Positions 15,818 through 26,690 of a DNA stretch of 64,000 bases are shown here, piece after piece. The notes beneath the pieces are model-generated. The model was not told the DNA's origin. It saw only the letters and a list, made by a program, of their open reading frames with translations, and searched no databases. The DNA comes from Candidatus Woesearchaeota archaeon (lineage in GTDB: Archaea > Nanobdellota > Nanobdellia > Woesearchaeales > JAGVYF01), in the NCBI GenBank assembly GCA_041650315.1, contig JBAZLJ010000001.1, positions 280,259 to 344,258 of the forward strand. Direction: 5' to 3'. Position numbers and translations under genes: made by a program. Positions within the stretch are counted from its first letter, which is position 1; each line of letters starts with the position of its first letter.

Positions 15818-18482
15818 AGAAGAGATCGGACCATTGTACAAGAAATTCAATTCATCTTCACTAGGCCTAACTACAAAACGCGCGAATATATCTCTAGCGC
15901 ATCATGGTAAAAACGAATTAACCCAAAAAAAGAAAATAAACCCCCTTGTAATTTTTTTAAGCCAGTTCAAATCGTTCATAATCTATATTCTATTGCTGGC
16001 TTTGTTTATTTCTTTGGCATTGGGTTATATCAATGAAGATCCGCAGGATAAATATGACAGCTATGTGGATGCTTTTGTTATTTTTGTGATTCTATTCCTT
16101 AATGCATTGCTTGGTTTCATACAAGAGTATCGAGCTGAAAAATCCATTGAAGCTTTGAAGAAGTTGGCTGGATTGAAAGCGACAGTTATACGTGACGGCA
16201 AAACCCAGGATATTGACGCTTCACTTCTTGTGCCAGGCGATGTGATTATATTAGAAACCGGTGATAAGGTGCCGGCAGATGCTCGTATGATTGAAGCGAT
16301 TAATCTCGAGACGCAGGAAGCTCCACTTACGGGAGAATCAATGCCTGTGGCAAAGATCAGTAATGTGATAGATAAGACAGTTGGTGTCGCTGAACGAAAG
16401 AACATGGTTTATTCTGGTACGATTATAACTCGCGGACGCGGAAAAGCGCTTGTCTGCGCGACCGGTATGCATACAGAATTGGGCAAGATTGCCCGGCTTA
16501 TCCAAGAGCAGGATTCTATGATAACTCCTTTGCAGCAGAAGCTTGAGCAGCTTGGTAAGATGGTCGGATATATTGTGCTAGGCATAGTTTTCATAGTATT
16601 CTTATCGGGTATATTTAGAGGCGTTGCGATTAATGATATGTTCATGGCGGCAGTCGCGTTAGCCGTAGCGGCAGTTCCTGAAGGATTGCCCGCAGTTGTC
16701 ACTATCTCTCTGGCATTGGGTGTGCAACGGATGATAAAGAAGAATGCTTTGATAAGGAATCTTCCCTCTGTGGAGACTTTAGGTTCTACCACTGTGATAT
16801 GTTCTGATAAGACTGGGACTCTCACAAAGAATGAGATGACTGTGAAGGAAGTATATGTGAACAATGAGATTGTTGAAGTCTCTGGCTCAGGTTATTCCCT
16901 TGACGGCAGATTCTCGAAGGATCCGAAGCATTTTGAGATGCTTTTGAAATGCGGGGCGTTATGTAATGATGCTCTGCTTGACGGCACTGTAATCGGTGAT
17001 CCAACTGAAGGCGCATTGATAGTCAGCGCTGGCAAAGCAGGATTACGAAAAGAAGATCTTTCTAAAAAATATCCTCGTGTGAATGAGATACCTTTCGATT
17101 CTGAGCGCAAGATGATGAGCACGATACATTCTGACGGCGAGAAAAAAATAATGTTCACAAAAGGTGCGCCTGAGAATGTTTTGAAGTGCTGCAATTCAGT
17201 TTTGGTGAACGGCAGGATAGAGAAACTTGATGATTCAATCATTCAAAGTATTCTGCGGAACAATATAATTCTCGCGAATAAGGCTTTGCGTGTCCTTGGT
17301 TTCGCTTATCGTGAATCGGCAGGTGATATTTCTAAGGAAGAAGGTCTTGTATTCTTAGGATTGCAGGCGATGATGGATCCGCCGCGCGAAGAGGCTAAGC
17401 AGGCAGTTGAGAAATGCAAAAGCGCAGGCATACGCGTAGTGATGATTACCGGAGATCATAAGGATACTGCTGTTGCTATAGCCAATGAATTGGGTATTAT
17501 CGGCAAGGCGATGACGGGCGATGAACTTGAGAAGATTACCAATCTTGAGAAAATTGTCGATGAGATTGGCGTCTATGCTCGCGTTAATCCTGAACACAAA
17601 TTAAAAATTGTTCAAGCTTTGCAGGCTCGCGGTCATGTGGTTGCTATGACCGGAGACGGCGTGAATGACGCGCCTGCTTTGAAAAAAGCTGATATAGGAA
17701 TTGCTATGGGAATAACCGGCACTGATGTGGCGCGTGAAGCGTCGCAGATGGTGCTGACTGATGATAATTTCGCTTCTATCGTGAACGCTGTCGAAGAAGG
17801 CAGAGGGATATATGACAATATCAAGAAATTCGTATTCTATCTGGTCTCTTCAAATCTAGGGGAAGTGTTGGCTGTGTTCATGGCTATATTGATTGGGGCT
17901 TATAGTGCTGATGGGGTCCTTATAGTTCCTCTTATTGCTATCCAAATATTATGGATAAATCTGTTGACTGATGGACTTCCTGCTCTTGCGCTTGGCGTGG
18001 ATAAAGCAGATACCGATATAATGACCCGCAAGCCTAGACCCAAAGGCGAAAATATCATTAATAGCTATAACATGGCAGTAATGTCTGGAGTGGCTGTCAT
18101 CATGATGGTCGTCACTCTTATGATGTTTTTCAATTATGATCCTGCAGTCAACACTCGTTATGCGCAGACTATCGCTTTCACGTCTCTTGTCATGCTGCAG
18201 ATGTTCAATGTGTTCAATGCCACATCCGAATATCAATCTTTCTTCAAGAAGGGATTGTTCGAAAATCCTTATCTTATACTTGCGATAGCAATGTCATTGA
18301 TACTGCAAGCGGTTATCATGTATACTCCATTCTTCGCATCGATATTCAAGGTGGTGCCATTGGCTCTTGCGGATTGGGGCCTGATTGCATTGATGTCCTC
18401 ATCTGTGCTTTTGTTCGGAGAAACCATAAAGTTAATTAAAAGAAGAATCTATGATAATGGAGAACTAAAATGGCTGAACTGA
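15783..18482 (+). CDS. P-type ATPase, type IIA Ca2+-transporting (SERCA/PMR1-like)
   Basis: TGES, PEGLPAV, DKTGTLT phosphorylation site, [22 protein letters not shown]. The track start 15783 is TTG; the first ATG is at 15804 (MDFYKEE). Confidence 0.9.
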   Translation: MSAEVASMDFYKEEIGPLYKKFNSSSLGLTTKRANISLAHHGKNELTQKKKINPLVIFLSQFKSFIIYILLLALFISLALGYINEDPQDKYDSYVDAFVIFVILFLNALLGFIQEYRAEKSIEALKKLAGLKATVIRDGKTQDIDASLLVPGDVIILETGDKVPADARMIEAINLETQEAPLTGESMPVAKISNVIDKTVGVAERKNMVYSGTIITRGRGKALVCATGMHTELGKIARLIQEQDSMITPLQQKLEQLGKMVGYIVLGIVFIVFLSGIFRGVAINDMFMAAVALAVAAVPEGLPAVVTISLALGVQRMIKKNALIRNLPSVETLGSTTVICSDKTGTLTKNEMTVKEVYVNNEIVEVSGSGYSLDGRFSKDPKHFEMLLKCGALCNDALLDGTVIGDPTEGALIVSAGKAGLRKEDLSKKYPRVNEIPFDSERKMMSTIHSDGEKKIMFTKGAPENVLKCCNSVLVNGRIEKLDDSIIQSILRNNIILANKALRVLGFAYRESAGDISKEEGLVFLGLQAMMDPPREEAKQAVEKCKSAGIRVVMITGDHKDTAVAIANELGIIGKAMTGDELEKITNLEKIVDEIGVYARVNPEHKLKIVQALQARGHVVAMTGDGVNDAPALKKADIGIAMGITGTDVAREASQMVLTDDNFASIVNAVEEGRGIYDNIKKFVFYLVSSNLGEVLAVFMAILIGAYSADGVLIVPLIAIQILWINLLTDGLPALALGVDKADTDIMTRKPRPKGENIINSYNMAVMSGVAVIMMVVTLMMFFNYDPAVNTRYAQTIAFTSLVMLQMFNVFNATSEYQSFFKKGLFENPYLILAIAMSLILQAVIMYTPFFASIFKVVPLALADWGLIALMSSSVLLFGETIKLIKRRIYDNGELKWLN

Positions 18483-19510
18483 AAGAGGCGGAATTGGGAT
18501 TGAGCTGGTACATAATGGGCAGCGCTCTATTCATGCTGCTTGTTCTGGAGTTCACTTTCGGCGCATTTACAGGGATGACTCAGCTTTTCAAATTGTTTGT
18601 TATCGCTGCCATTACTCTTTTTGTTATCATTCAATCTGCTAATTACGCTGTTGGAGCTATATCGAGCTATGCCAAGACGACTGGCATATCTGATTATCTT
18701 ATCGGTTTCTTGGTAGTATCAATTGGAACGACTTTCCCAGACATAAGCACATCAATATTCGCATCTATCGCTAATCAGGGTTCGCTTGTATTGGGTGAAG
18801 TTTTAGGGGCTAGTATTTTTAGCCTGACATTTGTTTTAGGGTTCATGGCGATAATCGGTGGCAAGGTCAAGATCGATAAATCAATCCAAAAGACTCTGGC
18901 CTTGATACTGACTCTTAGCATGTTCGCGATTATGCTGGGCATTGACGGAATCTATTCGCGCGTAGATGGTTTTGTTCTCTTGACTATTTTCTTGATATAT
19001 GTTTTTATAATGGTGTGGAAAGAAGGTCAGACTGGCAAACTCAAGAAAAGTGTACCTTTCAAATTCTTGTGGACTGATATTGTTGTTTTCGGTGGAGCTT
19101 TATCTGCACTGCTTCTTAGCGCGAGATGGCTTGTGATCACTTCGAGTCAGATTGCCGAGATATTGGAAGTGCCTAGCTTTTTCATAGGGCTTGTTCTGGT
19201 CGCTATCGGGAATACTGTTCCTGAGTTTCTTGTCAGCATAAAAGCTTTGCTTGAAGGTGCAATGGATATAAGCATAGGCAATCTTGTCGGCAGTATAATC
19301 CTTAATTTCTATCTCGTATTAGGTATAGCTGCTGCGGTCGCTCCTATTTATGTTGAGTATTATAGTTTTATGATAAGCGCTTGGCTTTTATTATTCCTTT
19401 TGGCTACTGTGCTTGTGTTCAGCAGCAGGAAAGCCATTAACAGATGGCAAGGATTCTTTTACCTGTTAGCATATGTTATTTTCGTATACGCTCAAATCAA
19501 GGTGATGTAG
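18470..19510 (+). CDS. Na+/Ca2+ exchanger (CaCA family, YrbG-like)
   Basis: Two alpha-repeats, GTTFPDISTSIFAS and GNTVPEFLVSI. About 10 TM. Start overlaps the ATPase stop. Confidence 0.85.
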   Translation: MAELKEAELGLSWYIMGSALFMLLVLEFTFGAFTGMTQLFKLFVIAAITLFVIIQSANYAVGAISSYAKTTGISDYLIGFLVVSIGTTFPDISTSIFASIANQGSLVLGEVLGASIFSLTFVLGFMAIIGGKVKIDKSIQKTLALILTLSMFAIMLGIDGIYSRVDGFVLLTIFLIYVFIMVWKEGQTGKLKKSVPFKFLWTDIVVFGGALSALLLSARWLVITSSQIAEILEVPSFFIGLVLVAIGNTVPEFLVSIKALLEGAMDISIGNLVGSIILNFYLVLGIAAAVAPIYVEYYSFMISAWLLLFLLATVLVFSSRKAINRWQGFFYLLAYVIFVYAQIKVM

Positions 19511-21274
19511 ATGTATAAACCAGAAAGATGGGATTTGAAGGATATATTAAACTCACGCGATAAGGCATTTTCTTTGCTTAAAGTCATTGAGAAGAAAGTC
19601 CGCATTATTGAATCGCACAAATCAAAATTGAAGCCCAATATCTCATCTGAGCTATTCTTGGAAATATTCCGCGAGCTTGAAGAAATAAGCGATATTTCTG
19701 CTCATATAGGGCAATATAGCGGGTTGTGGCTGTCGGCTGATACGAAATCGCAGGAAGCCAAGTCTTTCGGCGCGAAGGTCGATGATATTCTAGTTCCTCT
19801 ATCCAATCGATTGCTGTTCTTTTCCCTATGGTGGAAAGATTTGGATGAGAAGAATGCTCAACGTTTAATCTCTTGTTCTGGCGAATACAGATATTATCTT
19901 GAGAAGGCGCGTAAGTTCAAGCCCTATACATTGTCTGAGCCTGAAGAGAAAGTGATCAATATCAAGGATTCTACCGGCGCTGGTTCTTTGATACAATTGT
20001 ATGAATTGTTGAAGACTTCGTTCAAGTATACTTTGGTTGTGGATGGCAAGCGCAAGATTTTGGGTGAGTCTGAAGTCGTGCAGTATGTGCGCAATAAATC
20101 TCCATCTATGAGAAAGGCGGCCTATGACATATTATTATCAAAATATAAAGAAATATCCGATGAATTCGGTTTCGTGTACCAGACAATGGTCCGCGATCTG
20201 AAGAATGAAAGTATTGATCTGCGCGGGTATAAATCACCTATATCCACACGTAACTTATCGAATGATCTTCCTGATGAGGTTATTGATACTCTGCTCCATG
20301 TATGCCAGAAGAATTACGGGCTTTTCCAGAGGTATTTCAAGCTGAAGGCTAAACTGTTGGGTATGAAGAAGATGTCACGTTATCATATCTATGCGCCTGT
20401 CGGTTCAATTGATAAGAAAATACCTTACGATCAAGCGGTTAATATGGTGTTCACTGCATACAATGATTTCTCGCCTGAGATGTGCTCGCTTATCAAAAAT
20501 GTTTTTTTAAAGAATCATATCGATTCAGAGATACGTCCTAATAAATTGTCTGGGGCGTTCTGCGCTAGTGTGACTCCCTCTGTTGTGCCTTATGTATTGA
20601 TGAATTATACCGGTCAATTACGGGATGTTTCCACTTTGGCTCATGAGCTAGGGCATTCTGTGCATACGATGCTGGCTTCCAAGCATTCTGTGTTCACTTA
20701 TCACTCTTGTTTGCCTCTGGCTGAGACTGCTTCTGTTTTCGGAGAGCAGTTGTTGAATGATTATCTTTTAGAGGAAGAGACTGACACTAAGATACGGATT
20801 AATTTACTTGCGCAGGAAATTGAGGATATGTACGCTACTATTATTCGTCAGTGTAATTTCGTTCTGTTTGAGAAAGAAGCGCATGCGGCTGTTGTTCGCG
20901 GTGAGACAACTGAACAGCTTTCGGATAGGTGGATGAAAGGATTGAAAGCGCAGTTTGGAAGCGCTGTTGAAGTGCCTGATCTCTTCAGATATGAATGGTT
21001 GTATATTCCGCATATTTTCGCCACGCCATTCTATTGCTATGCATATGCATTTGGAAATCTACTTGTATTGGCGCTGTATAACATGTATCTTCGTGAGGGG
21101 AAGTCATTCGTTCCTAAGTATTTGCGGATGCTGTCTTACGGCGGGTCGAAAGCGCCTGTTGCGATTTTACGGGAATTGGGCATAGATCCTGCGTCTGAGA
21201 AGTTCTGGCAGCAAGGATTTGACTTGATCGAGAAGAAGATTGATGAGTTTGAGGGACTGGTGAAGAGGGCATGA
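19511..21274 (+). CDS. pepF: Oligoendopeptidase F (M3B family zinc metallopeptidase)
   Basis: HELGHSVH zincin motif with a downstream Glu ligand. Length and architecture are typical of PepF. Start abuts the exchanger stop. Confidence 0.8.
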   Translation: MYKPERWDLKDILNSRDKAFSLLKVIEKKVRIIESHKSKLKPNISSELFLEIFRELEEISDISAHIGQYSGLWLSADTKSQEAKSFGAKVDDILVPLSNRLLFFSLWWKDLDEKNAQRLISCSGEYRYYLEKARKFKPYTLSEPEEKVINIKDSTGAGSLIQLYELLKTSFKYTLVVDGKRKILGESEVVQYVRNKSPSMRKAAYDILLSKYKEISDEFGFVYQTMVRDLKNESIDLRGYKSPISTRNLSNDLPDEVIDTLLHVCQKNYGLFQRYFKLKAKLLGMKKMSRYHIYAPVGSIDKKIPYDQAVNMVFTAYNDFSPEMCSLIKNVFLKNHIDSEIRPNKLSGAFCASVTPSVVPYVLMNYTGQLRDVSTLAHELGHSVHTMLASKHSVFTYHSCLPLAETASVFGEQLLNDYLLEEETDTKIRINLLAQEIEDMYATIIRQCNFVLFEKEAHAAVVRGETTEQLSDRWMKGLKAQFGSAVEVPDLFRYEWLYIPHIFATPFYCYAYAFGNLLVLALYNMYLREGKSFVPKYLRMLSYGGSKAPVAILRELGIDPASEKFWQQGFDLIEKKIDEFEGLVKRA

Positions 21275-24120
21275 ATAAGTGGTGGTTGGTTATAATCTAT
21301 CTAGTTATATTCTTAGCATTATTTCTAATCGATGTATCTGCTATTTCGAGAACTAGATTTGATTATGTCGGAACAAATAAGTTCACATACCTCCAAGGCA
21401 GTAATATTACTTTAAATGATTATCCTTCTAAATTAGGTTTGCTTTATCATTTTGATAATCAAAGTGAATATGGGGAAAATGATACTTTCATATATGATTT
21501 TTCAGGTCATGGACGAAATGGTATTATTCAAGGAGCATCTATAAATACAACTCAAGCAAAATATAATTATAGCGTGACTCTTAATTCTGGCGGTGTTCTA
21601 AAAAACGTAACTTTGAATTATACTATACCCGATGGTACTTCCTTCACAATAAATTTTTGGGCGTATAGAGTTGCTTGGGATTCACATAGTTGGTTTTTAG
21701 GCATAGGTGAAGCTGGAACGGAAGATGATTTTATAGGATTAAGCAGTACTGGGACATTTAGATTCGATGGATCTACCAATACTTGCCCTACTTCATATAT
21801 ACTTCCTGCCAATCAATGGACTATGATAACGGTTTCTTGCCAGGATAGCGTTTCAGGAAATCTAGCTCGGTTCTATATCAATGGTACTTTAATTGGAACT
21901 GATACTACTGGTGTTTGTAATGGATATGCGATTACTAGTTTAGGTTATGCTTTTACTGGGACTTATATGTTAATTGGCAATGTTGATGAATTAGCGGTTT
22001 GGGAGACTGTTTTAGATGATTCTGATATTTCGTTATTATATACAAATACATATCCTATATTCCATACGGCGGGGAATTATTCTCAAATATTTCAGAGCTA
22101 TAATAATAGTTTAAATGTAAGTACTGATACTACAGTTAGATGGAGATCATATTTACAAGGCAATTCTTCAATAAATATCTATGCGTGTGTGGGGAACAAT
22201 TATGTGAATTGCAGATTGCAAACAAATGGTGCCTATCTTAATCTATCTCAAAATGGTTCACAGGTCCAAATTCTGGCTGAATTAATTGCGGATCCAGAAA
22301 ATTCTAGTAATCGACCATACCTAGAGATGTTGGAACCACCAAAACTTTCTTTTTATGTAGATAATCAATCCTCTTTGTGTACTGATTCAAATACAATTAT
22401 CTCAGCTATGAATAGGAGTCATTCTTTTTGCACTATTGAAGCGGCAGCTGAATTAGTGGAATCCGATTCTGAGATGATAGTTCGATATGGACAATATTGT
22501 GATGGGATTGCGATAACTAATTCAGGGACTGAATTATATCCTATATTGATTAATGGAGAAACTAGTGTTAATAAACCCATTTTAAATGGGTCATGCGCTG
22601 ACGAATCTAATGGAATAGAACTTCTAGGTGAAGATTATATTAATTATTCTAATTTTGAGATTGTGAATTTCAGTAATGATGCTTTAAATATTCATGGTGA
22701 TAGTATTAATGTGAATTTCCAAGCAATTTATGGGCATGATAACGGCTATAGCCATACTTCAGCGGCAGGAGATTGCATTAGTTTTCATGATACTGCCCAT
22801 GGGGCTATTTCTCGGGATTTGAATTGCAGCAATAATTATAAATCAACAATCGTTGATATACAAAGTTCAATTTCTTATTATTATAATATCTATGGGAAAA
22901 ATAATCGTCTTTATGGCGCTTATTTTTATGGTGCCGCTGAAGGGTCAACTAATGATGTCGCTTATCATGAAATCAACAATATGGTAATAGATGATTCTCC
23001 GGGTTGTTTTTGGAGTGAAGTTGAATCATCAGGTTATGATATTACTTGCAATAATATAACTGGAAAAGGGATATATTTAGCATATAGAAATAATTTGATA
23101 AATAGGTTTAAGGTTAATACTTCAGGCGGTCTTTCAATTAAGATATTGGGCGCGACAATATATAATATAAGTTTAATTGATGGATCTTTCAATGAAAATA
23201 TTACGGTTATCAACTCTACAAATGTCATTTTGACAAATGTTACCTATAATTTAGATAATGAAAGTGTTGATATGAATTCTAAACTAATTCGGAAATGGTA
23301 TTTAACCCTAGGTTCAACTCAGGAAGGAATAACTATCACAGCTAAAAATTCATCAGGGAATTTAATATATTCAAATGTTACTTCTTCTGGAAATTTGATT
23401 TTTTCTGAAGAGGCGTTTATTGGATATATTAATACCGGGGGAAATATTACAAATGAAACTTTGACAATCACAGCTTCTCGAACGGGGTATAATGCCCAAA
23501 ATCAATCAATCATATTAACTAATAATACTAAACTAATTTTTACTTTGACGGGGATTATCTCTCAAATCGACGATTCCTCCTCCGGTGGCGGAAATTATGC
23601 GACGACTGGTGGCGGTTATTCCACGTTCAAACTGACTTCTGGGCAGTTTAAAGAAGGCTATCAGAAAAAGATGTATAAGGATTGGAGAATGAAATTCGAG
23701 GTATTGGGCGAAGGGCATGAGCTGAAAGTGGATAATGTCTTTGATGAATATGCGACTATCACAATCTCAAGCGAGCCTCAGACATTCAATCTGGGTATCA
23801 ATGAGACTAAAAAGCTAGATATGAATAATGACAGCTATTATGATCTATTGGTTTCTCTCAATGATATCGGAGGAATTATTGATAATCACTGGGCGAATAT
23901 ATCGATATCATCCACTCTTGAGAAAATTCCAGTCCGCAAGGAAATAGTCAATGAGAGTATCAATGAATCAATTGAACAAAAATCTGCTATAAGTGAATCT
24001 TCTTTTGCAGAAGAGAATTCTAACATAGGTATTTTCTCTATATTGGGATTGTTGATTATTTTAGTTCTTTTCTTGGCGATACTGAGATTCAGACCTAAAT
24101 CCAGAAGCAAGAAGAAATAG
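21271..24120 (+). CDS. Large cell-surface glycoprotein candidate: signal peptide, LamG/ConA-like jelly-roll, right-handed beta-helix repeats, C-terminal TM anchor plus basic tail
   Basis: FTINFWAY...FDGS...LARFYINGTL...IGNVDELAVWETVL is a LamG pattern. NxIxG/NIHGD repeats. The tail is ...ILVLFLAILRFRPKSRSKKK. More than 40 N-x-S/T sequons. Confidence 0.6.
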   Translation: MNKWWLVIIYLVIFLALFLIDVSAISRTRFDYVGTNKFTYLQGSNITLNDYPSKLGLLYHFDNQSEYGENDTFIYDFSGHGRNGIIQGASINTTQAKYNYSVTLNSGGVLKNVTLNYTIPDGTSFTINFWAYRVAWDSHSWFLGIGEAGTEDDFIGLSSTGTFRFDGSTNTCPTSYILPANQWTMITVSCQDSVSGNLARFYINGTLIGTDTTGVCNGYAITSLGYAFTGTYMLIGNVDELAVWETVLDDSDISLLYTNTYPIFHTAGNYSQIFQSYNNSLNVSTDTTVRWRSYLQGNSSINIYACVGNNYVNCRLQTNGAYLNLSQNGSQVQILAELIADPENSSNRPYLEMLEPPKLSFYVDNQSSLCTDSNTIISAMNRSHSFCTIEAAAELVESDSEMIVRYGQYCDGIAITNSGTELYPILINGETSVNKPILNGSCADESNGIELLGEDYINYSNFEIVNFSNDALNIHGDSINVNFQAIYGHDNGYSHTSAAGDCISFHDTAHGAISRDLNCSNNYKSTIVDIQSSISYYYNIYGKNNRLYGAYFYGAAEGSTNDVAYHEINNMVIDDSPGCFWSEVESSGYDITCNNITGKGIYLAYRNNLINRFKVNTSGGLSIKILGATIYNISLIDGSFNENITVINSTNVILTNVTYNLDNESVDMNSKLIRKWYLTLGSTQEGITITAKNSSGNLIYSNVTSSGNLIFSEEAFIGYINTGGNITNETLTITASRTGYNAQNQSIILTNNTKLIFTLTGIISQIDDSSSGGGNYATTGGGYSTFKLTSGQFKEGYQKKMYKDWRMKFEVLGEGHELKVDNVFDEYATITISSEPQTFNLGINETKKLDMNNDSYYDLLVSLNDIGGIIDNHWANISISSTLEKIPVRKEIVNESINESIEQKSAISESSFAEENSNIGIFSILGLLIILVLFLAILRFRPKSRSKKK

Positions 24121-24159
24121 CATCAATCTTTATAAATCGCCAGTCACTTTGGGATATAT

Positions 24160-25830
24160 ATGTCACAGACTCAGTATTTCGCGGAGATTATCAAGACGCT
24201 GAAAGCTAGCAAGATTGCTAAGATTGATATGACCAATCTGAAGAATAATCTCGCTAAAAAGTTTTCTATTAAAGTGATTCCGACTGATACTGAAGTGCTA
24301 ATGAATGCCGCTGTTTCGGATATTCATAAATTAGGAATATTGCAGAACAAACCTACACGTACGATGTCCGGCGTTTCTGTGATTGCTGTGATGTCGAAGC
24401 CATACAAATGCCCGCACGGCGCGTGCATAATGTGCCCATCAAATGTCTCTAAAGGCGTTCCACAGTCATACACCGGCAAAGAACCTGCTACTATGAGGGC
24501 AATAAGGAATTGCTTCGATCCGTATCTTCAAGTGTTCAATAGATTGGAGCAGTATGTAGTCACGGGCCATAATTTCGACAAGGTCGAATTGATCATCATG
24601 GGCGGCACTTTCCCGAGCTTCAATTACGCTTATCAGAAGAATTTCGTGATGCTTGCTTTGAAAGCGTTAAATGATTTTTCTAAGATGTTCATCAAGAAAA
24701 AAGGCACTATTGATTATGTGAAATTCAAGAAGTTCTTCGAGCTGCCAGGTCCAGTCGGCGATGAAGAACGCACATCATCTGTTCATAAAAAATTGTTGAA
24801 GCTGAAAGGCAAATCAACTTTGATCGCAGAACAACTGCGCAACGAAAAAGCTTTCGTCAAGTGCATAGGAATGACTGTCGAGACGCGCGCGGATTACGGC
24901 AAATTGAAGCACGACAATCGTCTGCTCGAGCTTGGCGTTACTAGAGTTGAATTGGGGATTCAGTCAGTCTATGATTCTGTGCTGAAAACAATCCACCGTG
25001 GACATACAGTCACCGATAATATAGAATCGATTAGAACATTACGTGATCTTGGTTTCAAACTGAATTTCCATTACATGCCTGGACTTCCGGGCGTCAATCG
25101 CAAAAAGGATTTCGAAGGCATGCTTGAGCTATTCAGGAACTCTGATTACGTTCCAGACATGCTGAAGATATATCCCTGCATGGTAATGCCTGAGACTGAA
25201 TTGTACAAATTGTGGAAAGCCGGCAAGTTCAAGCCGATTACAACTTCGGAAGCGGCTGAGATGATTGCTAAATTCAAGGCGTTTGTGCCTGAGTATTGCA
25301 GGATTATGAGAGTTCAACGTGATATTCCTACTTATGTGACTTCGGCTGGCGTTGACAAGACCAATCTGCGTCAGTACGTGTCAGAGTTCATGTTAAAGAA
25401 CAATATCACCTGCCGTTGCATAAGATGCAGGCAGCCGAAAGAGGGAGTTCATTATCCTAAGTACGACATCCATGTGCGTGAGTATGATGCTGCGCATGGG
25501 AAAGAATATTTTATATCAGCGGAAGCTGGCGATTGCTTGCTAGGGTTTTGCAGGCTCAGGTTGCCGTCACAATCACTTCGTAAAGAGATAACTTCGGATT
25601 CTGCGCTTATCCGTGAGCTTCATGTGTATGGCGAAGCTGTTCCTGTGGGTGAAGTTGGCGTTGTGCAGCATAATGGCATTGGTTCGCGTCTTATGAAAGA
25701 AGCCGAAGGCATCGCTAAATCCTACGGCAAGAACAAAATCGTAGTCATTTCAGGTATAGGTGTGCGTGGGTATTACATCAAGAAATTGGGTTATAAGAAA
25801 GATGGCGTCTATGTGAGTAAGAAGATATAA
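24160..25830 (+). CDS. elp3: Elp3-family protein (radical SAM + GNAT; tRNA wobble-uridine modification)
   Basis: N-terminal radical-SAM Cys cluster (CPHGACIMCP), a central Elp3-specific region, and a C-terminal GNAT motif (GIGSRLMKEAEGIAKSYG). Confidence 0.85.
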   Translation: MSQTQYFAEIIKTLKASKIAKIDMTNLKNNLAKKFSIKVIPTDTEVLMNAAVSDIHKLGILQNKPTRTMSGVSVIAVMSKPYKCPHGACIMCPSNVSKGVPQSYTGKEPATMRAIRNCFDPYLQVFNRLEQYVVTGHNFDKVELIIMGGTFPSFNYAYQKNFVMLALKALNDFSKMFIKKKGTIDYVKFKKFFELPGPVGDEERTSSVHKKLLKLKGKSTLIAEQLRNEKAFVKCIGMTVETRADYGKLKHDNRLLELGVTRVELGIQSVYDSVLKTIHRGHTVTDNIESIRTLRDLGFKLNFHYMPGLPGVNRKKDFEGMLELFRNSDYVPDMLKIYPCMVMPETELYKLWKAGKFKPITTSEAAEMIAKFKAFVPEYCRIMRVQRDIPTYVTSAGVDKTNLRQYVSEFMLKNNITCRCIRCRQPKEGVHYPKYDIHVREYDAAHGKEYFISAEAGDCLLGFCRLRLPSQSLRKEITSDSALIRELHVYGEAVPVGEVGVVQHNGIGSRLMKEAEGIAKSYGKNKIVVISGIGVRGYYIKKLGYKKDGVYVSKKI

Positions 25831-25904
25831 TTCTCTTTGTCAAACTAAACCTTTATATATATGCACTACTTTTCGTATATATACAAATATTCGTGTGATT
25901 AAAT

Positions 25905-26063
25905 ATGGCAACATTCACAGTGTCAATACCTGAAGATCTAAAGAAACAGATAGATATGCACCCAGAGATAAATTGGGCGGAATACCTTAAGCAAAGATTT
26001 GAATTACGCCTTAATGAGCTTCATAGATTCGAACAGATGAAAGCTTCAGGGGGACTGAAATGA
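25905..26063 (+). CDS. Small ribbon-helix-helix protein (52 aa; not in the supplied ORF track)
   Basis: MATFTVSIPEDLKKQIDMH... has the classic RHH N-terminal strand. The stop overlaps the next start (ATGA). Confidence 0.45.
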   Translation: MATFTVSIPEDLKKQIDMHPEINWAEYLKQRFELRLNELHRFEQMKASGGLK

Positions 26064-26347
26064 CTTCTTTGACATTATCTCTTTCTGAAGAAATGAAAAA
26101 TCAGTTGAAAGCCTATTCTTGGGTAAATTGGAGCGAGATTGCTAGGGAAGAAGCTTTGAAGAAGTTGATATTCGAGAATTATCTCAAAGCGGGAACAATC
26201 ACTGATGAAGAATGGGAATTCTGCGAAAAAATGGATTGGCATCCTACTGATGAACTTCCGTTGAAAAAAGAGTTTGCTGACAAGTTGAAATCCGTCAGAA
26301 AAGAAAAATCTATTAAAGTCAAGTCAGTTTCCAACATATTCAAATGA
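26060..26347 (+). CDS. Putative antitoxin (RHH-like N-terminus) of a RelE/ParE toxin-antitoxin pair
   Basis: MTSLTLSLSEEMKNQLK... Its 3' end overlaps the toxin start (ATGA at 26344). Confidence 0.5.
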   Translation: MTSLTLSLSEEMKNQLKAYSWVNWSEIAREEALKKLIFENYLKAGTITDEEWEFCEKMDWHPTDELPLKKEFADKLKSVRKEKSIKVKSVSNIFK

Positions 26348-26613
26348 ATTATGCATTGGAAATAAAACCTTCTTGCCAGGATCAAATTCGTAAATTGTGC
26401 AGGAAGAATGCTTCTTTTGAACTAATCTTGAAGAAAAAGATTGAAGAGATATTATCTGATCCATATCATTTCAAGCCGTTGAGGTATGGTCTTGCTGGAG
26501 AAAGAAGGGTGCATATCATGAAAAGTTTTGTTCTTAAATATGAAATTGATGAGTCTAGAAAGATAGTCACTTTGCTGTTCTTCGGACATCATGATGATGC
26601 TTATCAGAGATAA
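26344..26613 (+). CDS. RelE/ParE-family type II toxin
   Basis: KPLRYGLAGERRVHIMKSFVLKYEIDESRKIVTLLFFGHHDDAY matches the RelE/ParE consensus (L.G.L.G.R..HI...YRiiY.id....i.iL.igHR.d.Y). Confidence 0.7.
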   Translation: MNYALEIKPSCQDQIRKLCRKNASFELILKKKIEEILSDPYHFKPLRYGLAGERRVHIMKSFVLKYEIDESRKIVTLLFFGHHDDAYQR

Positions 26614-26690
26614 GGGAGACTAAAGGGCATTTCTGCAAGAAGGTTTGTTTTCAGAATATTTATATATGGATTGTGCCTTGAGAAGTATAG

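Noticed and set aside
16061-17242. Several 64-151 aa minus-strand ORFs inside the Ca2+-ATPase gene
   Set aside because: Antisense to a strongly supported CDS. Ser/Thr/Ala-rich translations without motifs.
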